From positions 192,001 to 256,000 of the forward strand of contig CAWCNY010000002.1 of the NCBI GenBank assembly GCA_963797095.1: 64,000 bases of DNA, read 5' to 3'. Position 1 is the first letter of the stretch; every line of letters starts with the position of its first letter. The notes beneath the pieces were generated by a model that was given only the letters and a program-made list of their open reading frames with translations, made no database searches and had not been told where the DNA came from. Shown here one piece after another: positions 1-10,427 of this stretch. Source of the DNA: an uncultured Chloroflexia bacterium (GTDB lineage: Bacteria; Chloroflexota; Chloroflexia; QHBQ01; JADMIH01). A program made the position numbers and the translations under genes.

Positions 1-918
1 GCGCCCACCAGCACGCGCACAAACACCCCGGTGCCTACCGGCGTCGCAACCGATACGCCCACCAATACTCCGGTTGGAGCAACCAGTACCTCAACTAACA
101 CACCGAGCAATACTGATACACCGCTGCCTACGCAAACTCCAGGCGGCCCAACGGCCACTCCTGAACCGTCCAACACCTCTACGAATACGCCTGTGGCGTC
201 CAGCACGCCCGGTGCGACCAACACAGCAGCCCCCACGAATACGCCGGGAGAGGTGACAGCTACCCCCACAGCATGTACCCTTGAGTTCACCGATGTGCTG
301 CCTGGCTCAACGTTCTACGACAACATCAAGTGCCTGGCTTGTAGAGGCATTATCAACGGCTACTCGTCAGGCTGTGATACAGGTAACCCTTGCTTCAAGC
401 CTGCTAACCTGGTCACCAGGGGACAACTCGCAAAGATAGCCTCCAATGCTGCTGGCTTCAACGACCCAACAGGTCCTCAGCAGTATGAAGATGTGCCTCT
501 TGGCTCTACCTTCTTTGAGTACATCTGGCAGCTAACCATCAGAGGGTATGTCAACGGCTACCCTTGTGGTGGAGCAGGAGAACCGTGTGGTGCAGGCAAC
601 CTGCCGTACTTCAGACCTAATGCGAACATCACGAGAGGGCAAATCTCGAAGATAATCTCGAATGCAGCAGGGCTGACAGCACCGGCAGGCTCTCAGCAGT
701 TCCAGGACGTGCTGCCAGGGTCAACATTCTACGAGTACATCTGGAGGCTGACAGCATTGGGAGTGATGAACGGGTACGCATGTGGAGGAGTGGGAGAGCC
801 ATGTGTAGGCCCTGCCAACCTGCCATACTTCAGGCCAGGCTCCAATGCCACCAGAGGACAGGCGAGTAAGATAGTGGCTAACACATTCTTACCCGGTTGC
901 CAGACACCATCGAGGTAG
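1..918 (+). CDS. 3' part of a secreted protein: Pro/Thr-rich linker plus three Cys-containing SLH-like domains (5' end outside window)
   Basis: PT-rich linker, then repeats 'FxDVxPGSTFY...GYPCGGxGEPC...YFRPxxxxTRGQxxKI'. The frame is open from base 1. Confidence 0.85.
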   Translation, partial: APTSTRTNTPVPTGVATDTPTNTPVGATSTSTNTPSNTDTPLPTQTPGGPTATPEPSNTSTNTPVASSTPGATNTAAPTNTPGEVTATPTACTLEFTDVLPGSTFYDNIKCLACRGIINGYSSGCDTGNPCFKPANLVTRGQLAKIASNAAGFNDPTGPQQYEDVPLGSTFFEYIWQLTIRGYVNGYPCGGAGEPCGAGNLPYFRPNANITRGQISKIISNAAGLTAPAGSQQFQDVLPGSTFYEYIWRLTALGVMNGYACGGVGEPCVGPANLPYFRPGSNATRGQASKIVANTFLPGCQTPSR

Positions 919-965
919 CATGAGGTAAGATGGGGTAGCATCTTGTAGCTACTTCTACTAGGGAC

Positions 966-1010
966 AAAGAGGAAGGACGAAGGCATCAGCACCTTCGTCC
1001 TTCCTCTTTT
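966..1010. terminator. Bidirectional intrinsic terminator
   Basis: AAAGAGGAAGGACGAAGG-N8-CCTTCGTCCTTCCTCTTTT between convergent genes. Confidence 0.75.
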
Positions 1011-1031
1011 TATCCTTTCTCGTACTTTGTC

Positions 1032-1463
1032 TTATGCCTGGGCCTCTTCCTCAACCTCTGCTTCGGTTTCCGACTCTGCCAGTACGCTGCTCATGTGCGC
1101 AAGGCCCTCATCGATCCATTGGCGTAAGTGGTCGGCGGGCATGGATCCAACGCCCTGTGCGTACACCGTTCGCCCGGAGATGAGCATGAAGGTCGGGATG
1201 CTCTCTATACGCAAGGCCCCGGCGACGCCTGGGCTTTCATCTACATCAAGCTTGGCGAACTTGACCTTGCCCTCATAGTCGGGGGCTACTTCAGCGAAGA
1301 TAGGACCCATGATTTTACATGGCCCACACCACTGCGCCCAGAAATCGACCAGCACCGGAGTACCTGTTTCCAGCACCTCCGGTATGAAGTCTTCGTCTGT
1401 TACGATATGGATCTTGCCGTCGGCGGTGCTCGTTGGAGCAAAATCGGTATTATTGGTTTCCAT
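1032..1463 (-). CDS. trxA: Thioredoxin
   Basis: VLVDFWAQWCGPCK active site and SIPT cis-Pro loop. Confidence 0.9.
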   Translation of the reverse strand: METNNTDFAPTSTADGKIHIVTDEDFIPEVLETGTPVLVDFWAQWCGPCKIMGPIFAEVAPDYEGKVKFAKLDVDESPGVAGALRIESIPTFMLISGRTVYAQGVGSMPADHLRQWIDEGLAHMSSVLAESETEAEVEEEAQA

Positions 1464-1596
1464 TTTCTATATACTTCCTTTCTTTTATACAGGCTTCTAA
1501 TATATCGCTTTACCAGAGCGAATTATGTCCATACTAGATTATAATACTCCTGCCCTTAAAAACCAAAGAAGAAGAATCTGAAAGGAGATTCAAATC

Positions 1597-2322
1597 ATGG
1601 CAGGTATTGGCAGAGATCTCAAGATCACCTGGTATGGTCACGCTACCTTCGTATATGAAACTCCCGGCGGCAAGCGCATCATGATCGATCCCTGGGTGCG
1701 GGGCAACCCTTCTTGTCCCGATGACCTTAAGCATGTCGAAAACCTCGACGCCATACTTATTACTCACGGTCACTTCGACCACATACAAGACCTCCCCGAA
1801 GTTGCACGCACCTCCGAGCCTGACACGGTGGCCTGTATATTCGATATGAACCCGTGGCTGGAAAAGAAAGGCGTCAAGAACGTTGTCGGCTTCAACAAGG
1901 GCGGAACCGTTGACGTAGTTGGAGTGAAAGTTACTATGGTGCACGCCGATCACTCGTGCGGCATCACCGACGATGATGGCTCCATTATCTACGGCGGTGA
2001 GCCTGTAGGATACCTCCTGGAGTTGGAAAACGGCCTCAAGGTCTACCAGTCGGGCGATACGATGCTTTTCGGCGATATGCGCCTGTACGGCGAGTATTTC
2101 CGCCCCGATATAGCGGTCCTCCCAATAGGGGATTTCTTCACAATGGACCCGCGACAGGCCGCCTATGCCTGTGAGATGCTGGGCATCCGGCAGGTGATCC
2201 CTAGCCACTACGGCACTTTTCCTGTCCTCACCGGCACGCCCGACAAACTCCGCGAGCAACTTCAGGCCAGGAATTACGCGTGCGAGGTGCTCACGACCAC
2301 TCCCGGCGGGACCATAGAATAG
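1597..2322 (+). CDS. Metal-dependent hydrolase, metallo-beta-lactamase fold (UPF0173-like)
   Basis: WYGHATF, THGHFDH, GDT, LPIGD and PSHYGTFP motifs; RBS AAGGAG upstream. Confidence 0.85.
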   Translation: MAGIGRDLKITWYGHATFVYETPGGKRIMIDPWVRGNPSCPDDLKHVENLDAILITHGHFDHIQDLPEVARTSEPDTVACIFDMNPWLEKKGVKNVVGFNKGGTVDVVGVKVTMVHADHSCGITDDDGSIIYGGEPVGYLLELENGLKVYQSGDTMLFGDMRLYGEYFRPDIAVLPIGDFFTMDPRQAAYACEMLGIRQVIPSHYGTFPVLTGTPDKLREQLQARNYACEVLTTTPGGTIE

Positions 2323-2330
2323 TGCGGGAG

Positions 2331-3431
2331 CTACCGCAACACGACAGGTAAGCCGATAAATTTGCCGTAACGCTCTGCCGCGACGGCCAGGGCCTGGGTT
2401 TCGGCCTCGTTCAACGGTGCGTACATCTTCGTTTCGATACTAACCTGGCTCCTATTCAAGGTACGCTTCCAGAAGCCCACGCCCTGGCCGTCGACCACGA
2501 TCAAATTGCCGAAAGGCACATGCTCGCGCGAGGTAGCCACCCTTTCGGCCTGCTGCGCATCGAAAAACGCGCTGCGGTCCTTATAAGCAACCCCGTATTC
2601 GTCATAGTTGGGCAATAAGTACGCAACCGGAGATGCACCCTTTGCCCTCGCAGGCGGGGCTGGCGCATGCCGTGAAAACCAGTAGGTCTGTTCATCTATG
2701 TCCTCGCTCACAAGTTCAGGCTCCAGTATCCGGACCCCGGCCTTCGCATCGGCCATAGTCAGCCCCGACCACCAGACGAAGTCCTGCAACGTGGCGGGTC
2801 CATGGCTAATGAAATACCTCCTGGTGAGTTCGGATAACGCTTCCTCGCGCTCCAGGGTTCTGGCGTTGGGCGCTCGCTCCTCGAGCAACGCGTATGTGAA
2901 ATCTTTGCCCCGCCTGGCACCACTGCAAATGATCCCATCCACTTCGGCGCGTACCAGCATGTGAACAGCGCGCATGCCCTCCGAATCGATCCCTGCTTGC
3001 TTGAGTGCTGCAATCAATTCGGGGCGGGTGAACTGTTTACCGCCCTGTAGAGCCTTCGCCAGCACCTCGTTGCTTCGCATGAACAGGGCATCATCCAATC
3101 CAAACTGCCTGTAATAGTAGGCGGTAGCGGCGTGAACACGCGGGCCGGTTAGGGCGAGCAGCCAGCGTATATCGGAGGGGGTGACAAAGTGCCAGGTGGG
3201 ACGCATGACGTGCGTGCGCAGTATATCACCACGGGTAAATGCCTGCTCGAGATCGTGGTCGGTGATGCCCAGGCTCTCCGGCAAGCGCTGGCCGACCGCC
3301 CATTTTGCCGCTGCGTAGTCCTGGGATTGGACAGCCCCCAGCCATTCCACCACTTGGTGCGGCTTATCGAACGCTTGCAGGGTGAGTTGATGGTTATGCA
3401 GCCGCCGGTGAGTTATGTCGGAGTTTGTCAT
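2331..3431 (-). CDS. AlkZ/YcaQ-family (HTH_42) DNA glycosylase-like winged-helix protein
   Basis: AVQSQD (QxQ motif), RTHVMRPTWHFV, HGPATLQDFVWWSGL, LLPNYDEY. Start moved to ATG 3431 because the upstream extension is a heptamer repeat. Confidence 0.85.
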   Translation of the reverse strand: MTNSDITHRRLHNHQLTLQAFDKPHQVVEWLGAVQSQDYAAAKWAVGQRLPESLGITDHDLEQAFTRGDILRTHVMRPTWHFVTPSDIRWLLALTGPRVHAATAYYYRQFGLDDALFMRSNEVLAKALQGGKQFTRPELIAALKQAGIDSEGMRAVHMLVRAEVDGIICSGARRGKDFTYALLEERAPNARTLEREEALSELTRRYFISHGPATLQDFVWWSGLTMADAKAGVRILEPELVSEDIDEQTYWFSRHAPAPPARAKGASPVAYLLPNYDEYGVAYKDRSAFFDAQQAERVATSREHVPFGNLIVVDGQGVGFWKRTLNRSQVSIETKMYAPLNEAETQALAVAAERYGKFIGLPVVLR

Positions 3432-3638
3432 CTGCGAGTTCCTGGTTCCTGGTTCCTGATTTCTATGTTTTATGTGAGATTTCTTATGCGCTTTGGATAT
3501 CAATGTCCAATGATTGTGACATCTCTAACATGATATATGACATCCATGACCGTCCGCAATACAGGCAATGTAGGTAACAGTTCAGAGTTAGGATAGAGCG
3601 TACCGGAGTAGGGGCACCCTTTATGGCATTGACTCCAA

Positions 3639-5152
3639 CTAATTCCTGAGGACAGGGCGAGGAGCACAATTACGGTGGGCATAACGAGGGGGCCGCAGGA
3701 GCACCAAATCGGTGGGCATTGGCACCAATTGCTTGGGATCAACGGTAGGAGCACTTACTTTGGTGCGAGTAGAGGCACGGATGAAGCCCAACTCTCGTCC
3801 ATGCTCTACGAACACACGCACAGGGTCCTCTCCCGTGTATGCATACTGCGGCAGGTAGCGCACCAACAACTCCATGCTCACTTCGTATGGGTCTACTTCC
3901 GCTCGGCCTGCCATCTCCAACCTCAAGCCTTGCAGCACCTGAGAGATAATCAGTACTGCCAACACCTGCTGCTGTACCACTATCGGTTTTGCTCCCCACA
4001 GCATGTGCAATCCCAAATGGCGCTTCACCAACTTGAAGGCCAACTCGATGTCCCACCTCCTTGCGTACAAGCCAGCTATCTGCCCTATGGTCAACTTGGT
4101 GGGGTCCAGCACCGAGGTGATGTAGCGATACTCGGTGTTGCCCACTACAAAGCGCACCGGCCGCACAGCATGTGCCGCTCAATCCGCTCTGTATGCCCCA
4201 AGCCACACTACTCCATCCAACACCTCGATATTGCCTGCTCGGTCTGTGCTCTCAAAGAAGGTATGCACTACCTCATAAGAAGTGCGCTCTAGAGGTGCGC
4301 TCTCGCATGCGGCTAATCCACTGCGGCTAATCCACTGCGGCTAATCTACCACACCTTGCGTTGGGTCAACCAGTCGAACAGTTCAAAGCCAAGGCAGCCC
4401 AAGTCCATCAACACCAGGCTCTCTCTTGGAAGCTCTTCCAACATGTCGCGTGCTGCCACTTTGCTGTTCTGGTGCGGGTCCTCTGCGGGTCCTCAATGTG
4501 TTGTATCCGCTCCCACTGTTGATGACGCAGGTTGAACAAAGCAGCCACTTTACCCCCAACAACTCCTTGCTTGTATTGGGCTGGGTTCGCAAGGCAGGGA
4601 GCAGGCGGGCTACTTTGTCAAGGGTAGTCTCATCGAGCCACAGCACCGCACTGGCAAAGGGGGCCAAGCCTTTCTCCTGGTAGGGAGCCAGCTCCTGGTA
4701 GGGAGCCAGGCGGTGAGCCAATACCGAGTGTACCTGAGTAAAGAGGCGTTGCAACGGCTCAGTACCCTCCTGCTCCAGTCGTTTGTATACAGCCTGGTCA
4801 GAAAGTGCAAACCTGGGGTAGAACCAGAAATTGCCCGCAGAGAGGAGCCGCCACAGATCGACGCCACAGATCGACGCCACAGATCGACGCCACAGATCGA
4901 CGCCACAGATCGACGCCACAGATCGAGTTGACTGCTCAAGCCCCTGGCCACACATGTCAGCAATCCAGCCCACAAGCACATCGAAGGGAGCACTCGTGGA
5001 CGGCCTGGACCATCATGTGCCATCTCTGCCTCGTCAGGAGGCATTTGGCGTATCATTTGCTCCAAGAACGCCTCAATTTGGCCTATTACTTGTTGGTTTT
5101 GTTGGTTTTGCTTATCAGGCTGATTGTTTTCTCTGTTTGTCTTCACCCCCAA
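3639..5152 (-). pseudogene. IS4-family DDE transposase, frameshifted into at least three fragments
   Basis: C-terminal fragment has LYARRWDIELAFKLVK (YREK motif); others have LDETTLD and a DLG-type motif. Frames are broken by tandem duplications. Confidence 0.85.
4850..4926. repeat. 13-bp tandem repeat GCCACAGATCGAC x6 inside the transposase gene
   Basis: Read directly from the sequence. Confidence 0.95.
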
Positions 5153-5481
5153 ACTATACCAAAATGCTCTTCTTTGAATTAGTTGGAGTCAATGCCACCA
5201 GGGGTGCCCCTACTCTTCTTCTTACCCCCAATCCGAGCTGTAACTATATAGGTGGGGAACTGGACTGGTGGGTGGTAACGCGCCTCTATGCCTGAAAGGT
5301 GCGCCTCCCAGTGTATGGGTGAGTGGGCGCACTCTTATGAGTGAGCGTTGAGGTGCATGGTGCATACCTTTGCATCATGGCCCCCATTTATCTCATAATA
5401 GGATAGTTCCCGTCTCCGCATCTGCTAGGGTCCAACCTACCCTCACCTATCTACTTCTCTACTTTTTCCTCGATTGACACA

Positions 5482-5973
5482 ATGCCTTTATCAGATTTCT
5501 ACGCTACAGCCGCACAGCTTTTCTTTGCCCTCCTCGGTTTCTGGTGGGTGGTTGTGCAGTTCAAACACTACCGGTGGTCGCGTGACCCCATCCTCCGGCG
5601 TATGTCCTTCGTCGTATCGCTCCACTTCCTCTTGCCTGGTGTCATGTCTGTGGTTTCTCTTCTCTCCGAACAGGCTCAACTGATATGGAATGTAGCCTTT
5701 GCCCTCTCCGGGTTGTGTGGTGTCATAGCTACCGGTTTCGCCGCGGTAGGCTCTAGCTCCGGGTCCGAGAAAGGCCCGCAATACGAACTCTTTACTCAGG
5801 GAGTGGCAATCGCCCTCTATGCCCTCATCACCATACTCGCCATATTCCCGAATTTGCCCTCAGCCTTCGGCCTTGACGTAACGCCACTCTTGATCGAGGC
5901 TATTCTTATCACCCTTCTCGCCATATTGGGTTCCACCATGGCCTGGTTCCTCTTCATGGAGCCTGAACAGTAG
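5482..5973 (+). CDS. Hypothetical integral membrane protein (about 5 TM segments)
   Basis: Alternating hydrophobic stretches; ends 6 bp before the next gene. Confidence 0.7.
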   Translation: MPLSDFYATAAQLFFALLGFWWVVVQFKHYRWSRDPILRRMSFVVSLHFLLPGVMSVVSLLSEQAQLIWNVAFALSGLCGVIATGFAAVGSSSGSEKGPQYELFTQGVAIALYALITILAIFPNLPSAFGLDVTPLLIEAILITLLAILGSTMAWFLFMEPEQ

Positions 5974-5979
5974 CAGTCC

Positions 5980-8163
5980 ATGCAATCTCCCCCACCCCGC
6001 CGTTTTCTCGTTTCTGCCATCACCTTTCTTCTCGCGATTGTCATCCTCGTTCTGGCTACCGTCAACTATCTGCGTATTACCAGGATAGATTATTCGCCGG
6101 ACGAGGGGGTGACGCAGGTCTACGTGCCGCCCACCTCTACATCCACCCCTCCTATCGAGGAGGCAACGCCGCTTCCCGCTACCTCTACTGCAACCGGCGG
6201 CTCCAACGGTCTTGATGGCCCGCAACCGTTGCCGACCTTCACTTCCCAATCCGTTCCTACCAGCACCACAGCTCCGCCGACCCCCACCCCTACACTACAG
6301 CCGTCATTCACCGCTCTCCCCACGTCCACCATTGATCTCACGCCGACGCCTTCCACCCCCGCCGGGCAGACCCTCCTGACCCTTACACGCGCCGAGGTGC
6401 CCGTTCGCGACCTTTATTCCATCGCGGCCCGGTTGCGCCTCAAGACCACGGACCCCATCCCGCGCACAACCGATCAGCCGCCCGGCAACTATCCGATAGG
6501 CCATAGCGATCCCTTCTATATAGCCGACCTACCGGCCAAGCGGTATTACACCATCACCGCCACCATCAGGAATGTCACCGAGCATGCCTACTGGTACGCG
6601 CAGGATGGCCGTTCTGTGGACCTCAACGCTATCAAGCGTGCGGCCAACACCTTCGAAAGCTCTATCTACCCAACCAATCAGCGTATCTTCGGCTCCGAGT
6701 GGACCCTTGGTGTAGATAACGACCCGCGCATCACCGTCCTGTTTGCTAGCATACCGGGCGCTGGAGGCTATTTCTCTTCGGCTGACGAGTATACCCGCGC
6801 CGTCAACCCGTACAGCAACCAGCGCGAGATCATCTATATCAACACAGATGGTGGTTGGGGCGGCCTGGAAAGCACTCTGGCGCACGAGTACCAGCATATG
6901 ATCCACTGGAACCAGAACCCCCACCATGATGTGTGGCTCAACGAGGGTGCTTCGATGCTTGCCCAGGCCCTCAACGGTTATACGCTAGGGGGAGTGGACG
7001 AAGATTTCATGCGCGATCCTGACACCCAGTTGAACGCCTGGCAGGCCAGCCCGAACCTTGCCCGCGCTAATTATGGGGCTGCCTTCCTCTTCCTCGATTT
7101 CCTGCGTAACTATTACGGCGGAGATGACATCATCCGGGCCGTGGTTGCCGCGCCTGGAGAAGGCTCATCGGCCATCGACGCGGCGCTGGAATCGGTGGGG
7201 GTCAAAGAGCGCTTTACCGACATATTCGATAAATGGACCCTCGCCAACCTCCTCGATGACGACCCCGGCGCGGATGCTGTCCATCTCGAATATCCGGATC
7301 GTTCGGTAAATATGTCGGTCAGCGACCAGCTATCCAGCTACCCGGCCCATGAGACCGGATCGGTGTCGCAATTCGGCACCGACTATGTAGAGCTTGCGCC
7401 CCCGCCCGATGGCTCAGCCCTTCAGGTTGATTTCGCTGGCGCTTCCGAATCGTCTGTGATCGCGTCGCGGGCCCACAGCGGGGATGGCATCTATTGGAGT
7501 AACCGGGGAGACCTGGCCAATTCAACCCTTACCCACGAACTCGACCTGCGTTCCGTGCAATCGGCTGCACTCGACTTCTATATCTGGTTCGATGCCGAGC
7601 GCGACCTCGACTATGGCTATGCCGAAGCCTCAACCGACGGTGGCGCAACATGGGATACGCTGAAAGGACAGTACACCACCGATACCAATCCCAACGGTAC
7701 GAATTTCGGCAACGGCTATACGGGCCAGAGCACGGATGTGCCGGGAGCCGATGCCGACGGCTGGCTGCACGAGACGATTGGCCTGGGTAAGTATGCGGGC
7801 AAGGAAACCCTCGTTCGCTTCGAATACATCACGGACGACGGTTACAACGCGGGTGGGATCGCCGTGGATGACCTGTCAGTTGATGCCCTGGGCTGGCATG
7901 ACGACGCTGAGAGCGACACAGGCGGCTGGGAAGCCTCAGGCTGGGTGCGCGTGGCAAATCGACTTCCACAGACCTACTACCTGGCCCTGGTGACGTTTGC
8001 GGCTGATGGCACGTTCAAGGTTGAGCCAGTGGAGGTGGAAAGTGACGGCCATGCTTCAATCAGCGTCACTGAGCCTTTCAATTCGGCGATACTTGTGGTC
8101 GCGGGCACCACACCTTACAGCATTCAGAAAGCAGACTATACGCTCGATGTAGAGACTCGCTAA
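5980..8163 (+). CDS. Membrane-anchored or secreted zinc metallopeptidase (immune inhibitor A / M30-like)
   Basis: N-terminal TM, PT linker, LAHEYQHMIH (HExxH), VWLNEG, C-terminal beta domain with FEYITDDG. Confidence 0.8.
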   Translation: MQSPPPRRFLVSAITFLLAIVILVLATVNYLRITRIDYSPDEGVTQVYVPPTSTSTPPIEEATPLPATSTATGGSNGLDGPQPLPTFTSQSVPTSTTAPPTPTPTLQPSFTALPTSTIDLTPTPSTPAGQTLLTLTRAEVPVRDLYSIAARLRLKTTDPIPRTTDQPPGNYPIGHSDPFYIADLPAKRYYTITATIRNVTEHAYWYAQDGRSVDLNAIKRAANTFESSIYPTNQRIFGSEWTLGVDNDPRITVLFASIPGAGGYFSSADEYTRAVNPYSNQREIIYINTDGGWGGLESTLAHEYQHMIHWNQNPHHDVWLNEGASMLAQALNGYTLGGVDEDFMRDPDTQLNAWQASPNLARANYGAAFLFLDFLRNYYGGDDIIRAVVAAPGEGSSAIDAALESVGVKERFTDIFDKWTLANLLDDDPGADAVHLEYPDRSVNMSVSDQLSSYPAHETGSVSQFGTDYVELAPPPDGSALQVDFAGASESSVIASRAHSGDGIYWSNRGDLANSTLTHELDLRSVQSAALDFYIWFDAERDLDYGYAEASTDGGATWDTLKGQYTTDTNPNGTNFGNGYTGQSTDVPGADADGWLHETIGLGKYAGKETLVRFEYITDDGYNAGGIAVDDLSVDALGWHDDAESDTGGWEASGWVRVANRLPQTYYLALVTFAADGTFKVEPVEVESDGHASISVTEPFNSAILVVAGTTPYSIQKADYTLDVETR

Positions 8164-8192
8164 ACGGCGCGCCAACAAGGAATAGAGGAATA

Positions 8193-8226
8193 GAAAAGGC
8201 GGATTGCCGAAGCGACCCGCCTTTTC
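8193..8226. terminator. Bidirectional intrinsic terminator
   Basis: GAAAAGGCGG...CCGCCTTTTC hairpin between convergent genes. Confidence 0.7.
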
Positions 8227-8262
8227 GCGTTCTTCCTTCTCAAATCTTCTGGGCGAAAGCCC

Positions 8263-9957
8263 TTAATCCTCGAAGATCGATATCTCGGAGAAGAAGCCTG
8301 TGGTGATGTCATCACCCGATAGGACCAGCACGCCCCACGCTCCTTCCTTGACGCTGTTGTCTGTGAAGCTGCCTACCTTTACCCCATTGATCTCGAACGT
8401 CCACCTGCTTCCCTTACCCGTAAGGGTAATAGTGTTCTGACCACTCGGATCAATACTGTCGGTTTCGCCGTGCAGCAACTCCTTGAAGTTGATGATGCCG
8501 CTGGCCGCCATAGATAGCCTGTCGCAGCTATAAACGCCCGCGACGCTGATCCCACAGAATATCTGAGACCAGTCTTCGAAATCGCTTGCAAACTCCTGGC
8601 TGCGGGCAGACACTCCTACGAAGCCGGGATTGTCCTCGGAGCCATCTTCGATTCGGAGAGTGGCTTCGATACGGCCATCGGTGATATCCAACGCTTCATC
8701 GGCGCTGGTTGCTACCACGCCATTAGGGCTGTCCGACTCTACGGCAAGCTCACCATCTTCTACGCTGACGGAGTATCCAATGCCTGAGCCTGTATACCAG
8801 GTGCCTTCATCCTGGCTGAAGTCGGTGCTTACGATAGCATTCTCGCTCGTACCGGCGGTGGGTGTGGCGGTAGCTTCCTCCTCTTCAACGGTGGCGGTGG
8901 CTGTAGCCTCTCCTTCTTCGGTGGTGGCTGTAGCTGTAGGCTCGCTTGGCTCCTCGCCCGGCGCCATAAAGAGGATGCGGCTGAACGCTCCGGTGGTGGT
9001 ATCACCGGTAGGCGATTCTACGTAGGTGCCCCATGCGCCTTCTTCAACATCGCCTCCGCTGAAGGTCTTGATAGCTTTACCGTTGACAAAGAATGTGAAA
9101 TCCTGCCCGTCGCCAAGCACAGCTAGCTCGTTGACATCGTTCTTCTTGATGGCTGTGTTGCGGCCACTTGCCACTCTCTGGCTTCCACCATCCAATTCCA
9201 CGTAGATGGAATAGTTGCCGCTTGCGGAAATCAGGCAGAGGACATCGTTCCAATTGCCGTCGATCTTGCTTGCCCGCGCCGCCAGGCCTACAACACCTGA
9301 CCCGTCGATCTCAACGGTGGCGCTGATGTAGCCATTGTCCCAGTTATCGGTCTCGTCGGCCCAGTTGAAGAAGCCATAGCCGCCCTGAGCGGTCATAACG
9401 AGCTTGCCATCTTCGAGGTCTGTGGAGAAGTTACCGGCATCACCGACAATCCATGTGCCCGAGTCGCCCTGGCTGAAGTCGTCATCCAGCACGACCGTCC
9501 AGCCGTCCGGCACATTGCCGTTCTGGGTGGACACTTCCTCGGTGGGCGTAGGCTCAGGCGTGGTGGTTGGCGTCTTGCGAGCTTCCAACTCTTCGAGTGG
9601 GGTATCGTGCTTTGCTACACTAAGGTCATGTTTGGCGAGGTCGCCCTTGGGTGCAGGCCTGGTGATCTGGCTGATCGTGCCTGCCTTGGCCCCACCTAGC
9701 GAGCCTTTTGGTGCGGGAGTAGGCTGGTTGTTTGCGGCAGTGGTGGCCGTTGGGTTAGTGTTGGCCTGCGTGGGGGTCGTAGCCGTTGGTGCCACACTCT
9801 GGACTGTGGTCGCGGTGGCTGGCACGCTTTGGGCGGTGGTGGCTGTTGGTACGGGCACGGTGGGCGTATTATCGCTGTCGCACGCCGAAATCAACAGCAT
9901 CGACACCATGATCAACACCAGCAATACGGATTTACGCGCGTGTAGTACTCCTCTCAT
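8263..9957 (-). CDS. Lipoprotein with two tandem lectin/ConA-like beta-sandwich domains
   Basis: Lipobox LISAC, PT-rich linkers, duplicated 'DFSQ..GTW...F.(V/I)NG..(I/V)..F....V.EGAWG' domain. Confidence 0.65.
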   Translation of the reverse strand: MRGVLHARKSVLLVLIMVSMLLISACDSDNTPTVPVPTATTAQSVPATATTVQSVAPTATTPTQANTNPTATTAANNQPTPAPKGSLGGAKAGTISQITRPAPKGDLAKHDLSVAKHDTPLEELEARKTPTTTPEPTPTEEVSTQNGNVPDGWTVVLDDDFSQGDSGTWIVGDAGNFSTDLEDGKLVMTAQGGYGFFNWADETDNWDNGYISATVEIDGSGVVGLAARASKIDGNWNDVLCLISASGNYSIYVELDGGSQRVASGRNTAIKKNDVNELAVLGDGQDFTFFVNGKAIKTFSGGDVEEGAWGTYVESPTGDTTTGAFSRILFMAPGEEPSEPTATATTEEGEATATATVEEEEATATPTAGTSENAIVSTDFSQDEGTWYTGSGIGYSVSVEDGELAVESDSPNGVVATSADEALDITDGRIEATLRIEDGSEDNPGFVGVSARSQEFASDFEDWSQIFCGISVAGVYSCDRLSMAASGIINFKELLHGETDSIDPSGQNTITLTGKGSRWTFEINGVKVGSFTDNSVKEGAWGVLVLSGDDITTGFFSEISIFED

Positions 9958-10427
9958 TGGTTGACCTTCCTCTTTTACTTAACACCTGGTAGGCCCGACA
10001 ATGCCGTTAGTACGTGCATAGCAACGTCATACCCGTCTGCCAGTGGCACAGCCTTGTTCTACCTACCTGGATAGGCTTCTTCAGATGACGCTGAAGGCTA
10101 ACCCTTACCCGGCGTAACAACCTGGGCTGACCATACTTGGCCTGCTCACAGGCATGTTTGCCAGTCTCTCTCCGGTTAGCATAATAATTCTACGTGAATC
10201 GATCTTGTGATCGCAAGAGAAAGAAGGGCGGATATCTATCAATTCTTTCAACAATTGAACAACTTATGCAGCAATTGTGCTGCTCATCCTGGTATAATTT
10301 TGTGTGGCGATGGTCGGGTCCGGTCCTTTATGGTCCCCTCGCGTGGCTGCGTGCCCCTGCGTGGAAGGGTGATAGTACCTGTCAGGGCGTGATAATTAGG
10401 CGTGATAACTAAAGGGAGTTCTACGTT

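Larger units (their letters stand above)
3624..5197 (-). mobile_element. IS4-family insertion sequence, degenerate
   Basis: Perfect 22-bp terminal inverted repeats TGGCATTGACTCCAACTAATTC (3624-3645 and 5176-5197) enclose transposase fragments. No clear target duplication. Confidence 0.85.

Noticed and set aside
4850-4926. Repeat array as possible CRISPR
   Set aside because: Contiguous 13-bp units with no spacers and no cas genes.
5326-5372. Short match (CGCACT.CTTATGAG...GTGCATACCTT) to the inside of the IS on the opposite strand
   Set aside because: Too short and gapped to support a second IS remnant without an alignment.
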